NCBI GenBank assembly: GCA_046342815.1
Contig: JBKDOV010000078.1
Span: 2,675-66,674 of the forward strand
Reading direction: 5' to 3'
Source of the DNA: Cyanobacteriota bacterium
GTDB taxonomy: Bacteria; Cyanobacteriota; Cyanobacteriia; PCC-6307; Cyanobiaceae
DNA length: 64,000 bases
Under the pieces are notes generated by a model, which searched no databases, had not been told where the DNA came from, and saw only the letters and a program-made list of their open reading frames with translations. This document shows, piece after piece, positions 12,001 to 17,393 of the stretch. Position numbers and translations under genes: made by a program. Positions within the stretch are counted from its first letter, which is position 1. Each line of letters opens with the position of its first letter.

Positions 12001-15000
12001 CGAGCAAGACCAGCAGACCCTCAACCAAGGCCAAGGCTGGGGGCAGGCGGCATTGAACAGCAGCGGTGCCTTCGGCGATCTCAACGGCGACGGCTGGATC
12101 GATCTGTTCGATCCAGCCGGCAACAACACCATCGCCTCCGTCCAGGGAGCCGGTTACTACAGCCTCTGGAGCATCCGCGCCGCCGGGGATGCCAACGGCA
12201 ATGGTGTCGATGACGTGCTGCTGGCGCTCAGCCCCAATGGCCCTGCCTACGGCCAGATTGTCAGCGGTCAGCCCAGTGCGCTGCAGGCGGTGCTGGTGGA
12301 TGGCTCGCTGTTCAAGGTCGACAAGGACACCAACAGCTTCCGCCTGGATCAACTCTGGGTTCCGCTCAATCCCTACAACACCAGCCAGCTTTACGACATC
12401 AACAGCACCACCCCCGATGTCTATCTGCCGTCGCTGCAGAACTGGTTCGATCCGATCCTCAGCTTCCAGCCGGGTTCACTCACCGCCGCCTCCACAACAA
12501 ACCCCATCAACCCCCGTGGCGCCATGTCCTACTCACCGCCCAGCGCGGTGGTGAGTCCCGAGGGCCAGACCTATCTCTTCTTCTCCGGTGCCGACTTCTC
12601 CGGCACCGATGACGCCAGCGGTCTGTGGATGGCGTACAAGGACGATGCAGGCAGCTGGCAACAGATGGTCCTGGACATCGACCTGGACATCGGCAGCAAC
12701 TGCAACAACACAACCCCCAGCGCCGCTTATTTCAAGGGCAAGCTCTACGTTGCCTACACTGATACCAACCAGAACATCAACATTGCCGTCTGCTCAGGAT
12801 CCCCGGACGATACCAAGAACTGGAGCGGCTACCAGGTGGTCACCACCACCAATGAGTCCACGATCTACTCGCCAACCCTGCTGGAGGAAGCGGGGCGACT
12901 GGCGCTTTACTTCCCCACCAACAACAAGGATGGCTTACTGATCAATGCACAATCCCAGAGAGTTCGCTATCTCTACAGTCTTGATCCTGGCGACAAGTCG
13001 GCCCATGGCCACTGGGGTGCATCGCTTGATTCCAGCACGGGCCAGTACAGCGGCATCAGCGGCCAGCTGGACTATGAGGTCACCTCGGCGATTGCCGCCA
13101 CTCGTTTCCAGGGGCAGACGGTGCTTGCATTCAGAAGCTTTGCCTCCGGCGGTGGTTATGACGCAGGCAACGGCACAATCAAGCTGCTCACCAGTGGGAC
13201 GACCGCGCCTACAGCCACCGCCCCGGCTCCCACGCTCAGCTGGAAAGAGTTCGATACCGCTGTCAGCAACGTCAACGGCGTGGGGCTGTCCACCGACCAG
13301 GCTCTGCTTTATCTGACGACCAGCAAGAACTTCAACGACCCCAATCCCACCTCAAAGATCTGGGGCCTGGCCCCCAATGATCTGGCGTCCGGCACCTGGA
13401 CCATGGGCGGCCAGACAACGCTGAGCAATCCCAGCCTATTCAACGAAAATTCAGCCGAGAGTACATTTTCCGATGATGTGTACTTTGGCGCCACCGTTGT
13501 TCCGTTCATGGAAAACGGGTCCCTCATGGCGGCCTGGACAGATCACGACAAAAAAGTCCAGGTGGCCGACCTCAGTACTACCGTCTCGCTCCCCCGCCAG
13601 TCCTCCCTGGTCGGTTTCTCCCTCGATGGCAACAGCGACATCAATGGCGATGGCTTCATGGATGTGCTGGTCAGCGATCCCAGCGATCCCAGTCAATCCG
13701 TCAACAATCAATACGCTCTCTTCGGCGGCGACTATCTCAACATCGCCTCGCAGGTCGGCACGCCCGGTGACGACGCCCTGATCGGCACCCCCCTCGCTGA
13801 TGTCATCTACACCCTTGGCGGCACTGACGTGGTGCAAAGCCTGGGTGGTGCCGATGTGATCCTCACCGGGTCCGGTGATGATCAGATCGCCATCACAGGC
13901 CCCGGCTTCCTGCGCATCGATGCCGGCGGCGGCACCGACCAACTGCTGCTGGCAGGCCTGGCGAATCAGGACTACGACTTCTCGTTGAACGTTCCGGAGC
14001 CGGAGTATTTCGCGGGCACCAAACTCCGCAACATCGAGCTGATCAGCTCTGTGGACTATGGCTCGAACACCATCAGCCTCGATGCCGCGGCCGTCAGCGC
14101 GTTCAATCCGGCCCGCATACTCTTCCTCACGCCCGACAGCAGCGACCACATCGCCCTCAGCACCGAGTTCCAGCGCAACAGCGCCCTCGACAGCAGCTAT
14201 GGCGGAGTGGTCTGGAGTGCCTACAGCGCCGATGCCGACGCCGCAAAGGCCTCGGACAGCGCCAGCACGCCTGCTCTGGTGTACGTGCTTAATCCCGATG
14301 ACGGAACCGCAGACGTTGACTGGCTGTCCAGCCACGTACGCACGGACAACACCTCAACAACCACCCGATCGATCGCCCCCACCAACCCGCTGTCGGCGAG
14401 CGAGCCGGTGGAGCCCGCTCTGCCCAGCCCCCGCTCCAGCACACAGGGCTTCGGCAAGGGACTCAGCCTGGTGGCCTACCCCACCACCAACCAGAGCACC
14501 GCGGCGCGCTTCCTGATTCAGCGCAACGATTCATCGTCCATCCAGGCGGTCGCCTACAACACCACCTCCCAGAACGCCACCGCAGATGCCGGGCCCAATT
14601 ACACGCCTGCAACGGGCCTTGTGGTGTTCCAGCCAGGCGAATGGGAACGAGAGATCGCGATTCCGTTGAACCCCCAATCCCTGAGCTCCCAGCGGGCAAG
14701 CTCCATCTCGCTGAACGTCATCGAAATCCCCGCATACCCAGGCATGCGGGAGCTCCACTCGCTTCTTTCGCCCACCCCTAATCCCTCCACGGGCATCACA
14801 CCAGTGGTCTCCAATCTGCAGCTGGGCATCGACGAGTCCAGCGCGGCCGCACGCCTCTCCTTCCGCGTCGACACCAATGACGACGGTGCCGATGAGCTGC
14901 GGCTATTTATCGCCAGTCGCGACTCCGCCACCGACCTCATCCCCTCCCGCAGCCAGGAGGTGGTGCTCCGTGATTTCAAGCCCGACAGCAACTTCACCGT

Positions 15001-16024
15001 TCCGGTGAACTCCTTCAACAACCTGCCGCTAGACCACGACGCCCGTCACAATCGACAGGTCAGCGGTGCCCTGGGGCTCAACCTCATCCCCAGGGAACAG
15101 CAGAACAAGCACATCGTCTCCCTGCTTGGCCCCGCCTTCCGCCCCACCCCTTCCGTGGAAACGGTGGGCACCATGCAACTCCGCTTCCAGCAGGACACTC
15201 CCCTCACCACCTGGCGCTCCGACACCGCCGGCGGACAGGTGACCTTCGCTCTCCAGGCAGGAGCCACCAAACAACTCCTGCTCTCAGACGCCACCGGCGG
15301 CAGCGCCGGCTCGATCAACCCCGCCAGCGCCCTCGACAACAACCCCACCAGCGGCTGGCAGAGCACTGAGAGCCGGGCGGTCGGCAGCCGATCGATCACC
15401 ACCGTCCCCAACCTCACCGCCCAGACCTGGGCACCCACCGCCACCCGCGACGGCATCGAGCTCGCCCTGCTCGAACTCACCGTCATCGGCAACCAGATCA
15501 CCGCCCTCTTCCAGGGCGGCGTCAGCGCCGAGTTCTGGCAGGCCAGCGGCACCGCACCCGCTCTGGTGCCCGTGGCAACCTCGCTGGAGGTGCAACGCCT
15601 AGCCGGTTACGACAACACCATCGGTCTCTATTCGATCGATAACATCACCGGCATGGTCGACGGCCGCAGCCCCGGCGACGCCGGTTATCTCCAAGCCGCC
15701 CTCGCACGCAGCGAGGCTGAGGATCTTTTGCTCACAGCCGCCGAACTGCCAGCCTTTGGACAGTCCGCCATCTTCAACTCCCTACCGATCGACAGCAAAA
15801 AGCGCTACGGCGTTCTCCTCCTCCCCAACAGCGATCCCAACACCATCTTCTCCTGCTTCAGCGCCGCCAACCCCGGCGCTGAAACCCAGATGGTCCGCCT
15901 CAGCACCGGTGCCAATCGCTACGCGCTCGGCATCGAAGACATCGCCGTCGCCTCAGGTCGCAGCGACAAGGACTTCAACGACAACATCCTCTCCCTCAGC
16001 GGTGTGTCGTTGGGGATCTTCTGA
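11..16024 (+). CDS. giant multidomain cell-surface/secreted protein (5,337 aa; 5' end may lie beyond the window)
   Basis: Uninterrupted 16,014-nt ORF. ATG at 11, but the frame is also open back to nt 2. Motifs read from the translation: FG-GAP-like Ca loops (GDVNGDGYADIAL, GDFNADGYDDFIS, GDIDADGLNDIQL); Asp-boxes (SSDGGATW, SQDGGTTW, STDNGSTW); LamG-like (YTIEFWAKL...WHYVVASY...LYIDNKQ...IDHLALYDNALT); RTX-like run (LGGTDVV..LGGADVILTGSGDDQI..AGGGTDQLLL); Calx-beta-like (ATADAGPNYTPATGLVVFQPGEWEREIAIPL); DUF4114-like C-terminus (GLYSID...DKDFNDNILSL). Confidence 0.9.
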   Translation: MTGLVGSTNFGAGSTVVNFSKFERGRVKRGGSILSLAGGGVSVLGDAGKELKNTDANALPDELRPNQEFTAAAVGGTQKSVFQYQNGFTQNQATLKGYEARQSVGASWVKRKSIVKIGSFSSQSWVAAVNTGILFEETYTPDLRADGRPMPQWLTDVGYSLAAEGALLTMGGPLFGVLKRNRVSPVVTQENALTNTRYDVSGVKTQALKFKSYFNMILGIGNGFVVPAVADTVMASTYGTSAGGIGINMGLSADFIRISPWIVGVKGIATSQTSMFFTGSDPWKVKELAYASIGAAAPFGIYVPILSFHYTSQPADTTTAAPLSGIVDGDASGAMAADTAPAQTSSGFYQAAPSGVDYPLLYNPPHASNNGISNLSTNPSSTTVLGTTASPLFLFTLQPGASTSSPSPGTRISIRRPGSGLKPTEAPVQVDVLGTYLDPTSSSNRATASVTVDASGQLASVVINNPGRYSYLPETGNNSGEYILQLDLAAAGLSTPASKLPLVTLPASSSALASEGLLTSPVLRISNQPIAATDSNLQTAPDSSYPIYDSKTNTAVDPQPNSLASYSYQNVPIQLFARNADGSSGSPISLINPNASARVFFSEGSIKAIRPEQNLYFPVNQKATNGYNLVVNFGAYGAQVDNPTLADLPSASISLPLAESVAYNNAVAEEQFSPQAGAIHAGVYLADGMSDAIPLFPAYGNQAVYNRVVHLAYDKNTGTTTRFFLNADDGNVYEPNYINQALNSNTPLPSFSAASQPVALTIADAGNGSNDRFGGDTFVAWVEATQPVVPLTSADGEQNYQAFLQALYGSQRINYRIKQSISGWAPMDDVKLDALYKPDNAMIRQLRAFNAANPFTSDSNDQLSLLAWVEVPLPGQENQAASLKVAILNPTASNYSWEALTSNAEGASTISTIPWQIDRHGEALAIDDLSIGSMPLELADGDGGSTLVQTPVLSFSRDVRTPYRQRVLNDSPLLYLPFDGLTAGLNELNLGTTQGSITPTFASSTGLDFSVKPALTKSQGTAVQNTNGTGVLTTGLGTSNRPMLDLLDSATSDELAVNLGSQISAFTGEFSNRVVDDNAAVLTPAILTVSDLRYGGLSVGDTLTGPGITPGTRILAVKQVYDDTTKTGIYEISADQTVLGTAIDIQSYPDPTTIAYLSFAIDAVSNSSDPDTAPSATLTLSDLSGVPRVGDRLAGLGITPGTTITAVNGLDLNQGTATVTVNRTQDEAAATGAAVVAAPGGSSPYTIEFWAKLTPNTNSDGGGLVAFGQPSATAVGDMELPNGWLLTSSFVVDFISYKQAAERGLIESIPDNVTNNADLYAWGWSVVADGANTTAMNGSGGNNLYSNGLRLNNLQAGNRLNGVASFLQANGLQPDDLIGKSQAPADVMASIPKTELQFAHFIDPAPGKATSNLNTVAINTSSSTALNQGLVVLNPASTDSGGATYPDWAQVINDTAKGDQINTLFKHLWNFQQATGDPKVTFTQAPLGYRMLLAIQAAWPSLSVEAIKDKLSDPGALAQFIADSGVVATPAEAAAWLEAKELELNQTRASAANPLSVDRFAGYELGYTLNYGPAVSVNTSGQLVFDVGADASLVSDVAGGLEDDQWHYVVASYLPDYVDYTTDAGTTFQLPSNVGTATLYIDNKQASQSTIVNAYDPSNINDALVLLANNAGAAIDHLALYDNALTAQTLPPASDDWPMPNNAEALLALRELGMVIDTKTPDPGAIPGAVTAHWDGRNVNPNNAVLNTFYSIFSPATNGSQSGSWSEASPLNPLLAVAPTTPSAVQPDAGRNSLLLSITPELWSSNSWAVTTATNPTPQTDKPFNPSGLELDSVQLQINGAPVTLTSDQILIGNATLASLQPDSRSSQLNYTILSSTPELTLVPPLDRSTVEAVSSEPTTATLVYSNGTSVSIALTPALTSNANTQPLASAVRVAKLNNKPLLTEIETSNEALGTSAIIEQAPLQLKYIDSGEVFRSTTSAATANETAASTPAQSFGYSQVSGSFANSTEGTSSGWLAIAQPYTTNATSDPSGRIWIQYTGQFKVDGEIRTAVLDVDEAPATWLNALADSNFSPEEPNLPLLDSAVHRSSSGGLLIQADPTVGLDQNFGFTMLTARINGSDRDDLIIAAPQADGGGKVYIIDGNWIANNLTTANGATILNLANPSDLGDFVKVLKPGIQTDTTGKPLKSDVITDAGFGTALAYDDVSKTLWIGAPNYLRNLSDPTSTDGPLNPIGALYSYNLASGSGDSGTATPVKLEPIVGMGGTLIRPGPVGTPVTSYWGSQFGSALAVSGGRLAVSAPGMLAATLAIGSEAAQQIFVDGMDADTTYSGVIAGVQLPDLDTGIINISQGINSDFAGIGSGDPFTDGEKAYFDQMRTLVSDAVAEPTIYNNQAVQADAAGAVFYLGKGDALLAAPSLQTFAEQGSIYYGPNTLNTLGAAGFGSSVAFIDLSNVKTPSLAVGADATGGAGAVYLIDPNVSATNLPVKGLNPYQKLAANEAYLTLTGAASRDLFGNGLVNLGDVNQDSFDDLLIQAKNAAEGAGTGYVLFGSDQFSSDPGKSATGSVAPGSITQFTRTDGTPFRQAILVEQGYGSGFTGAGSFGSGDIDADGLNDIQLGSGPNGNAYLTWGKPYLEAIGDLSLSKLASDTGYLLSGLATTTEGSLRSIGDFNADGYDDFISIQPGQALSSVRIELGADTQTILADYRYNYYTFSILNGTQVISAGDVNGDGYADIALFSHKNLSSAAEGNQGAGSTTGILYGRSSTDLPIGSGFGLLAPVNPTSGAPLTALPGLLVEGSNQLKGLTSATPALIADGTTLYTAVKGATDNTIWFNISSDGGATWANWTNLSAVSFAFNAADGAGPSLALHNGKLYLSFLNRTGKLLLSSWDPSSEDNSAWTQPTLLTSAAAASTEGTSAIPFSSSYSPQLIDRGDALGILWVDPTTSTLYAAASTDPQDSVSLGWNGDIGGSTPTTPALAQIGDTIYMAVQGNGPANNEIYWNSSQDGGTTWAGWRALDSGLGFRSSNAPSLAVFKGELYLSCIDASTNQIRIANLDRSSNSWAAAGTVGNEQAQKYASLISETVDGVEQLAVYFVANNAGSTLLKSHSSDPGSPSGWTGNQVIDYNNGSNQQTASGPLAVSSINGTTVIAYQGGTVAAPSDTIFLASSATPNSSASWRAQSYIDPKQRTTPSLTTSPEGLLLGYTTANSANLELALLANASGTWQSANTYSVTRDNGDLNDVALLAIPDSDPDSSDDNTLLLAGVNTTSGNAIETNRLRTVDDSSVDDSWTPASQLLERIEANGEISFSGIAATAAPTATWLGDVPIVAVNNTVDATSTINVYSVGGSTQSWTLASSFTASGDQPAISAAAPGLTTTDSGIALTYINSDRSITVNQLNLLNLNGTPVDGLQFNADGSLTPSPGQPADLRWSGSTYTAANSGISSNLSSTPIDINGTLLLANVRPDGTPEETQFWLNALPAAQDPDSTTWLNTTLQLSDGSGGWLVQQQGGADHPVAIGVVDPTWQQPNGGLSPWAPSFAEVDGVLYSAVRGWSGSNDTNKTLYWNRSTDNGSTWSAWQQLPGDMTSDRPPTIASYDGTLYLVYIGQDNSHTLNLTKLENADTNQWADQIPIRAGASGASNQTAEFATLVSEGDQLALYYVGTDKNELYSTSSTDPYNTGNFTTSTLIKYNNNNDNQTASGPLAATRLNGQTYLAYQGGTYQSGNNKPGKSNQIFLTTGSANDNDWTLINGIPQPANSSHTGVGLAANHTGLVLSYSDVADGKNVVALQQGRGSGPSWSFSPYTMLERPADGQALYDGANSLFARTGSEGVLVSTIDSIANEAIVNAQVTPLPPSLVLTPEQTRSTLTAVGDLTGDGLDDLLISAANVVRTGNGSTAPQLHTGIRLLSGAATSEALLAANNADATNQTLQLAPALSLNSGTPSTSLTATGAPGDLPQLSISGREGDVVTRITSKNDQTLTKFSANASNPDSLLQLFQNAEQDQQTLNQGQGWGQAALNSSGAFGDLNGDGWIDLFDPAGNNTIASVQGAGYYSLWSIRAAGDANGNGVDDVLLALSPNGPAYGQIVSGQPSALQAVLVDGSLFKVDKDTNSFRLDQLWVPLNPYNTSQLYDINSTTPDVYLPSLQNWFDPILSFQPGSLTAASTTNPINPRGAMSYSPPSAVVSPEGQTYLFFSGADFSGTDDASGLWMAYKDDAGSWQQMVLDIDLDIGSNCNNTTPSAAYFKGKLYVAYTDTNQNINIAVCSGSPDDTKNWSGYQVVTTTNESTIYSPTLLEEAGRLALYFPTNNKDGLLINAQSQRVRYLYSLDPGDKSAHGHWGASLDSSTGQYSGISGQLDYEVTSAIAATRFQGQTVLAFRSFASGGGYDAGNGTIKLLTSGTTAPTATAPAPTLSWKEFDTAVSNVNGVGLSTDQALLYLTTSKNFNDPNPTSKIWGLAPNDLASGTWTMGGQTTLSNPSLFNENSAESTFSDDVYFGATVVPFMENGSLMAAWTDHDKKVQVADLSTTVSLPRQSSLVGFSLDGNSDINGDGFMDVLVSDPSDPSQSVNNQYALFGGDYLNIASQVGTPGDDALIGTPLADVIYTLGGTDVVQSLGGADVILTGSGDDQIAITGPGFLRIDAGGGTDQLLLAGLANQDYDFSLNVPEPEYFAGTKLRNIELISSVDYGSNTISLDAAAVSAFNPARILFLTPDSSDHIALSTEFQRNSALDSSYGGVVWSAYSADADAAKASDSASTPALVYVLNPDDGTADVDWLSSHVRTDNTSTTTRSIAPTNPLSASEPVEPALPSPRSSTQGFGKGLSLVAYPTTNQSTAARFLIQRNDSSSIQAVAYNTTSQNATADAGPNYTPATGLVVFQPGEWEREIAIPLNPQSLSSQRASSISLNVIEIPAYPGMRELHSLLSPTPNPSTGITPVVSNLQLGIDESSAAARLSFRVDTNDDGADELRLFIASRDSATDLIPSRSQEVVLRDFKPDSNFTVPVNSFNNLPLDHDARHNRQVSGALGLNLIPREQQNKHIVSLLGPAFRPTPSVETVGTMQLRFQQDTPLTTWRSDTAGGQVTFALQAGATKQLLLSDATGGSAGSINPASALDNNPTSGWQSTESRAVGSRSITTVPNLTAQTWAPTATRDGIELALLELTVIGNQITALFQGGVSAEFWQASGTAPALVPVATSLEVQRLAGYDNTIGLYSIDNITGMVDGRSPGDAGYLQAALARSEAEDLLLTAAELPAFGQSAIFNSLPIDSKKRYGVLLLPNSDPNTIFSCFSAANPGAETQMVRLSTGANRYALGIEDIAVASGRSDKDFNDNILSLSGVSLGIF

Positions 16025-16035
16025 GCGGTGAAAAA

Positions 16036-16362
16036 TCAGGCAATGGCCTGGAGTCGCTCAACGATCTGATGCCGCAGAGCAAGGCCATCCACTTGGATGG
16101 CCTCTGCATCCAGGGTGGTCAGCCGGCGATCACGCAGCAACACCTGGCCATCCACCATCAGATCGCGCACATCGCTGGCCTTGGTGGCGTAGACCAGCGC
16201 CGAGTAGATGCTGCTCGCCTGCTGGAAGTGCTTGCCTGCATCCGCGGATTGCTGGGCTTCCAGCCCTGTTTCAGTCGGAAACCGACAATTCCCCGCAATG
16301 CCAGTCAGGCACGGGGCTTGATCAACTGCAACACCTGTGGTCCCAACCCGCCGACACGTCGT
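16036..16362 (-). pseudogene. C-terminal remnant of an amidohydrolase-superfamily gene (MtaD/chlorohydrolase-like), no start codon
   Basis: My own translation of the minus strand gives ...SSIYSALVYATKASDVRDLMVDGQVLLRDRRLTTLDAEAIQVDGLALRHQIVERLQAIA*, with the stop at 16036-16038. This is the typical C-terminal signature of metal-dependent amidohydrolases. The frame is closed by a stop at 16363-16365 and has no usable start. Only about 90 of the roughly 430 expected codons are present. Confidence 0.4.
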
Positions 16363-16550
16363 TCACAATCGAGAGCTGCCAAGATCAATCGGGCTGATTC
16401 CTCAATGTCTCCCCGCTCAGCCGCAAGGCGGGCCTGCAGGTTGAGGGAGGAGGCCCGGTCACCGAGCTGCTGGCGGGCCTCCTCCCCTTGGCCGAGCCTG
16501 GGAGAGGGGAGTGTGGCGGTGGAACTGCTACTGGTCATGAACACGCTCAT
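16305..16550 (-). CDS. small hypothetical protein with UVR-like helical motif
   Basis: ATG at 16550 (alternative 16538) inside the 112-aa track ORF. High GC3 in this frame. Motif LQARLAAERGDIEESARLILAAL. The overlapping + strand ORF translates to low-complexity R/S/P junk. Confidence 0.4.
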   Translation of the reverse strand: MSVFMTSSSSTATLPSPRLGQGEEARQQLGDRASSLNLQARLAAERGDIEESARLILAALDCERRVGGLGPQVLQLIKPRA

Positions 16551-16708
16551 ACATAAGTCGCCAGAGCCGGCGAAGGACGCCACAAATAAGCATCCCCACC
16601 CCCGAAGGTCGCCATGGATTTCCAGGCAACAGTGAGGCATCAACTTTCAGAGTCTATTCATTTGCGGCAGGGTGTCATCGCCAGAAGCAACGATTTGCTG
16701 CTGACCTC

Positions 16709-16972
16709 TCAGGTTCCGGGCTCTTCCTGATTCCCCCCCAGCGCCGCTATCCGTTCCCGAAGCTGGAGCGAACGCTCCGTATCGCCATGGGTGAGGGCGA
16801 CAGCCAGCGCGAATTCGAGCTTCTCGAGCTCATGCTCGCCCTCGCTTTCCCTGTCCTGCTGGCAGCGGGGCGTGGAGCCCTGAGGCCGGGGCGGCACAGG
16901 AGAGCGGCCCGCCATTCCGGGACCCCCACCTTGGGACAGACCCGAACCATGCGACGAAGGGGGATAAGCCAT
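16709..16972 (-). CDS. small acidic hypothetical protein with UVR-domain-like motif
   Basis: ORF 16709..16990, probable ATG at 16972 (MAYPPSS...). C-terminal ELEKLEFALAVALTHGDTERSLQLRERIAAL resembles the UvrB/UvrC UVR motif. Confidence 0.4.
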   Translation of the reverse strand: MAYPPSSHGSGLSQGGGPGMAGRSPVPPRPQGSTPRCQQDRESEGEHELEKLEFALAVALTHGDTERSLQLRERIAALGGNQEEPGT

Positions 16973-17023
16973 GTCACACTTTCTTTCCATCTTGCCACAG
17001 GCCGCCAGGGCTCTGGCTGGAAA

Positions 17024-17299
17024 TCAGGCCGCCCGCGCGAAATCCTGACCGTTGGGGTCGAGCTGGTCTTCCTCCGGTGCCTCGATTTCCAGCAGATCCC
17101 GGCAATCCCGCAGCAGCCTTTCCACCTGGTCAAGGCTGGCCAACTCCTCCGGATCCGCTTCCTGCCGGTGCGAAAGCTGCCTCTCCATCGCCGCCAGCCG
17201 CTGCTCCATGCGCACGAGACGCTCGGAAAGGGCGTGAATCGTCTCCGCCAGATTCTCGGCGCTGCGGGTGATCCGGAACGACACCGAAGGGGTGGACAT
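17024..17299 (-). CDS. small acidic coiled-coil hypothetical protein
   Basis: Internal ATG at 17299 (MSTPSVSFRITRSAENLAETIHALSERLVRMEQRLAAMERQL...) within the 128-aa track ORF. Heptad-like helical sequence and an acidic C-terminus. Confidence 0.45.
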   Translation of the reverse strand: MSTPSVSFRITRSAENLAETIHALSERLVRMEQRLAAMERQLSHRQEADPEELASLDQVERLLRDCRDLLEIEAPEEDQLDPNGQDFARAA

Positions 17300-17393
17300 G
17301 GCAGAGGGACTCCGTTTCGTGGCATGACAGCACACAAATCCTCCGGCCTCAACCACCCGGCCAACGCTTCTTCCAGACTGATCCGATCTGCCG

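Noticed and set aside
8430-13575. Possibility that the repeated modules of the giant gene are DGR template/variable repeats, or that an array or CRISPR is present
   Set aside because: The repeats are conserved at the protein level but divergent at the DNA level. There is no adjacent reverse transcriptase, no near-identical TR/VR pair with adenine-specific differences, and no short direct repeats with regular spacers anywhere in the window.
884-15595. Dozens of 60-590-aa ORFs on both strands inside the giant gene (for example 8657-10423, 4514-5614, 6227-7489, 11102-12352, 13451-14335)
   Set aside because: All are nested in, or antisense to, a 16-kb frame that carries coherent domain motifs throughout. 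Their translations are low-complexity G/R/A/P strings.
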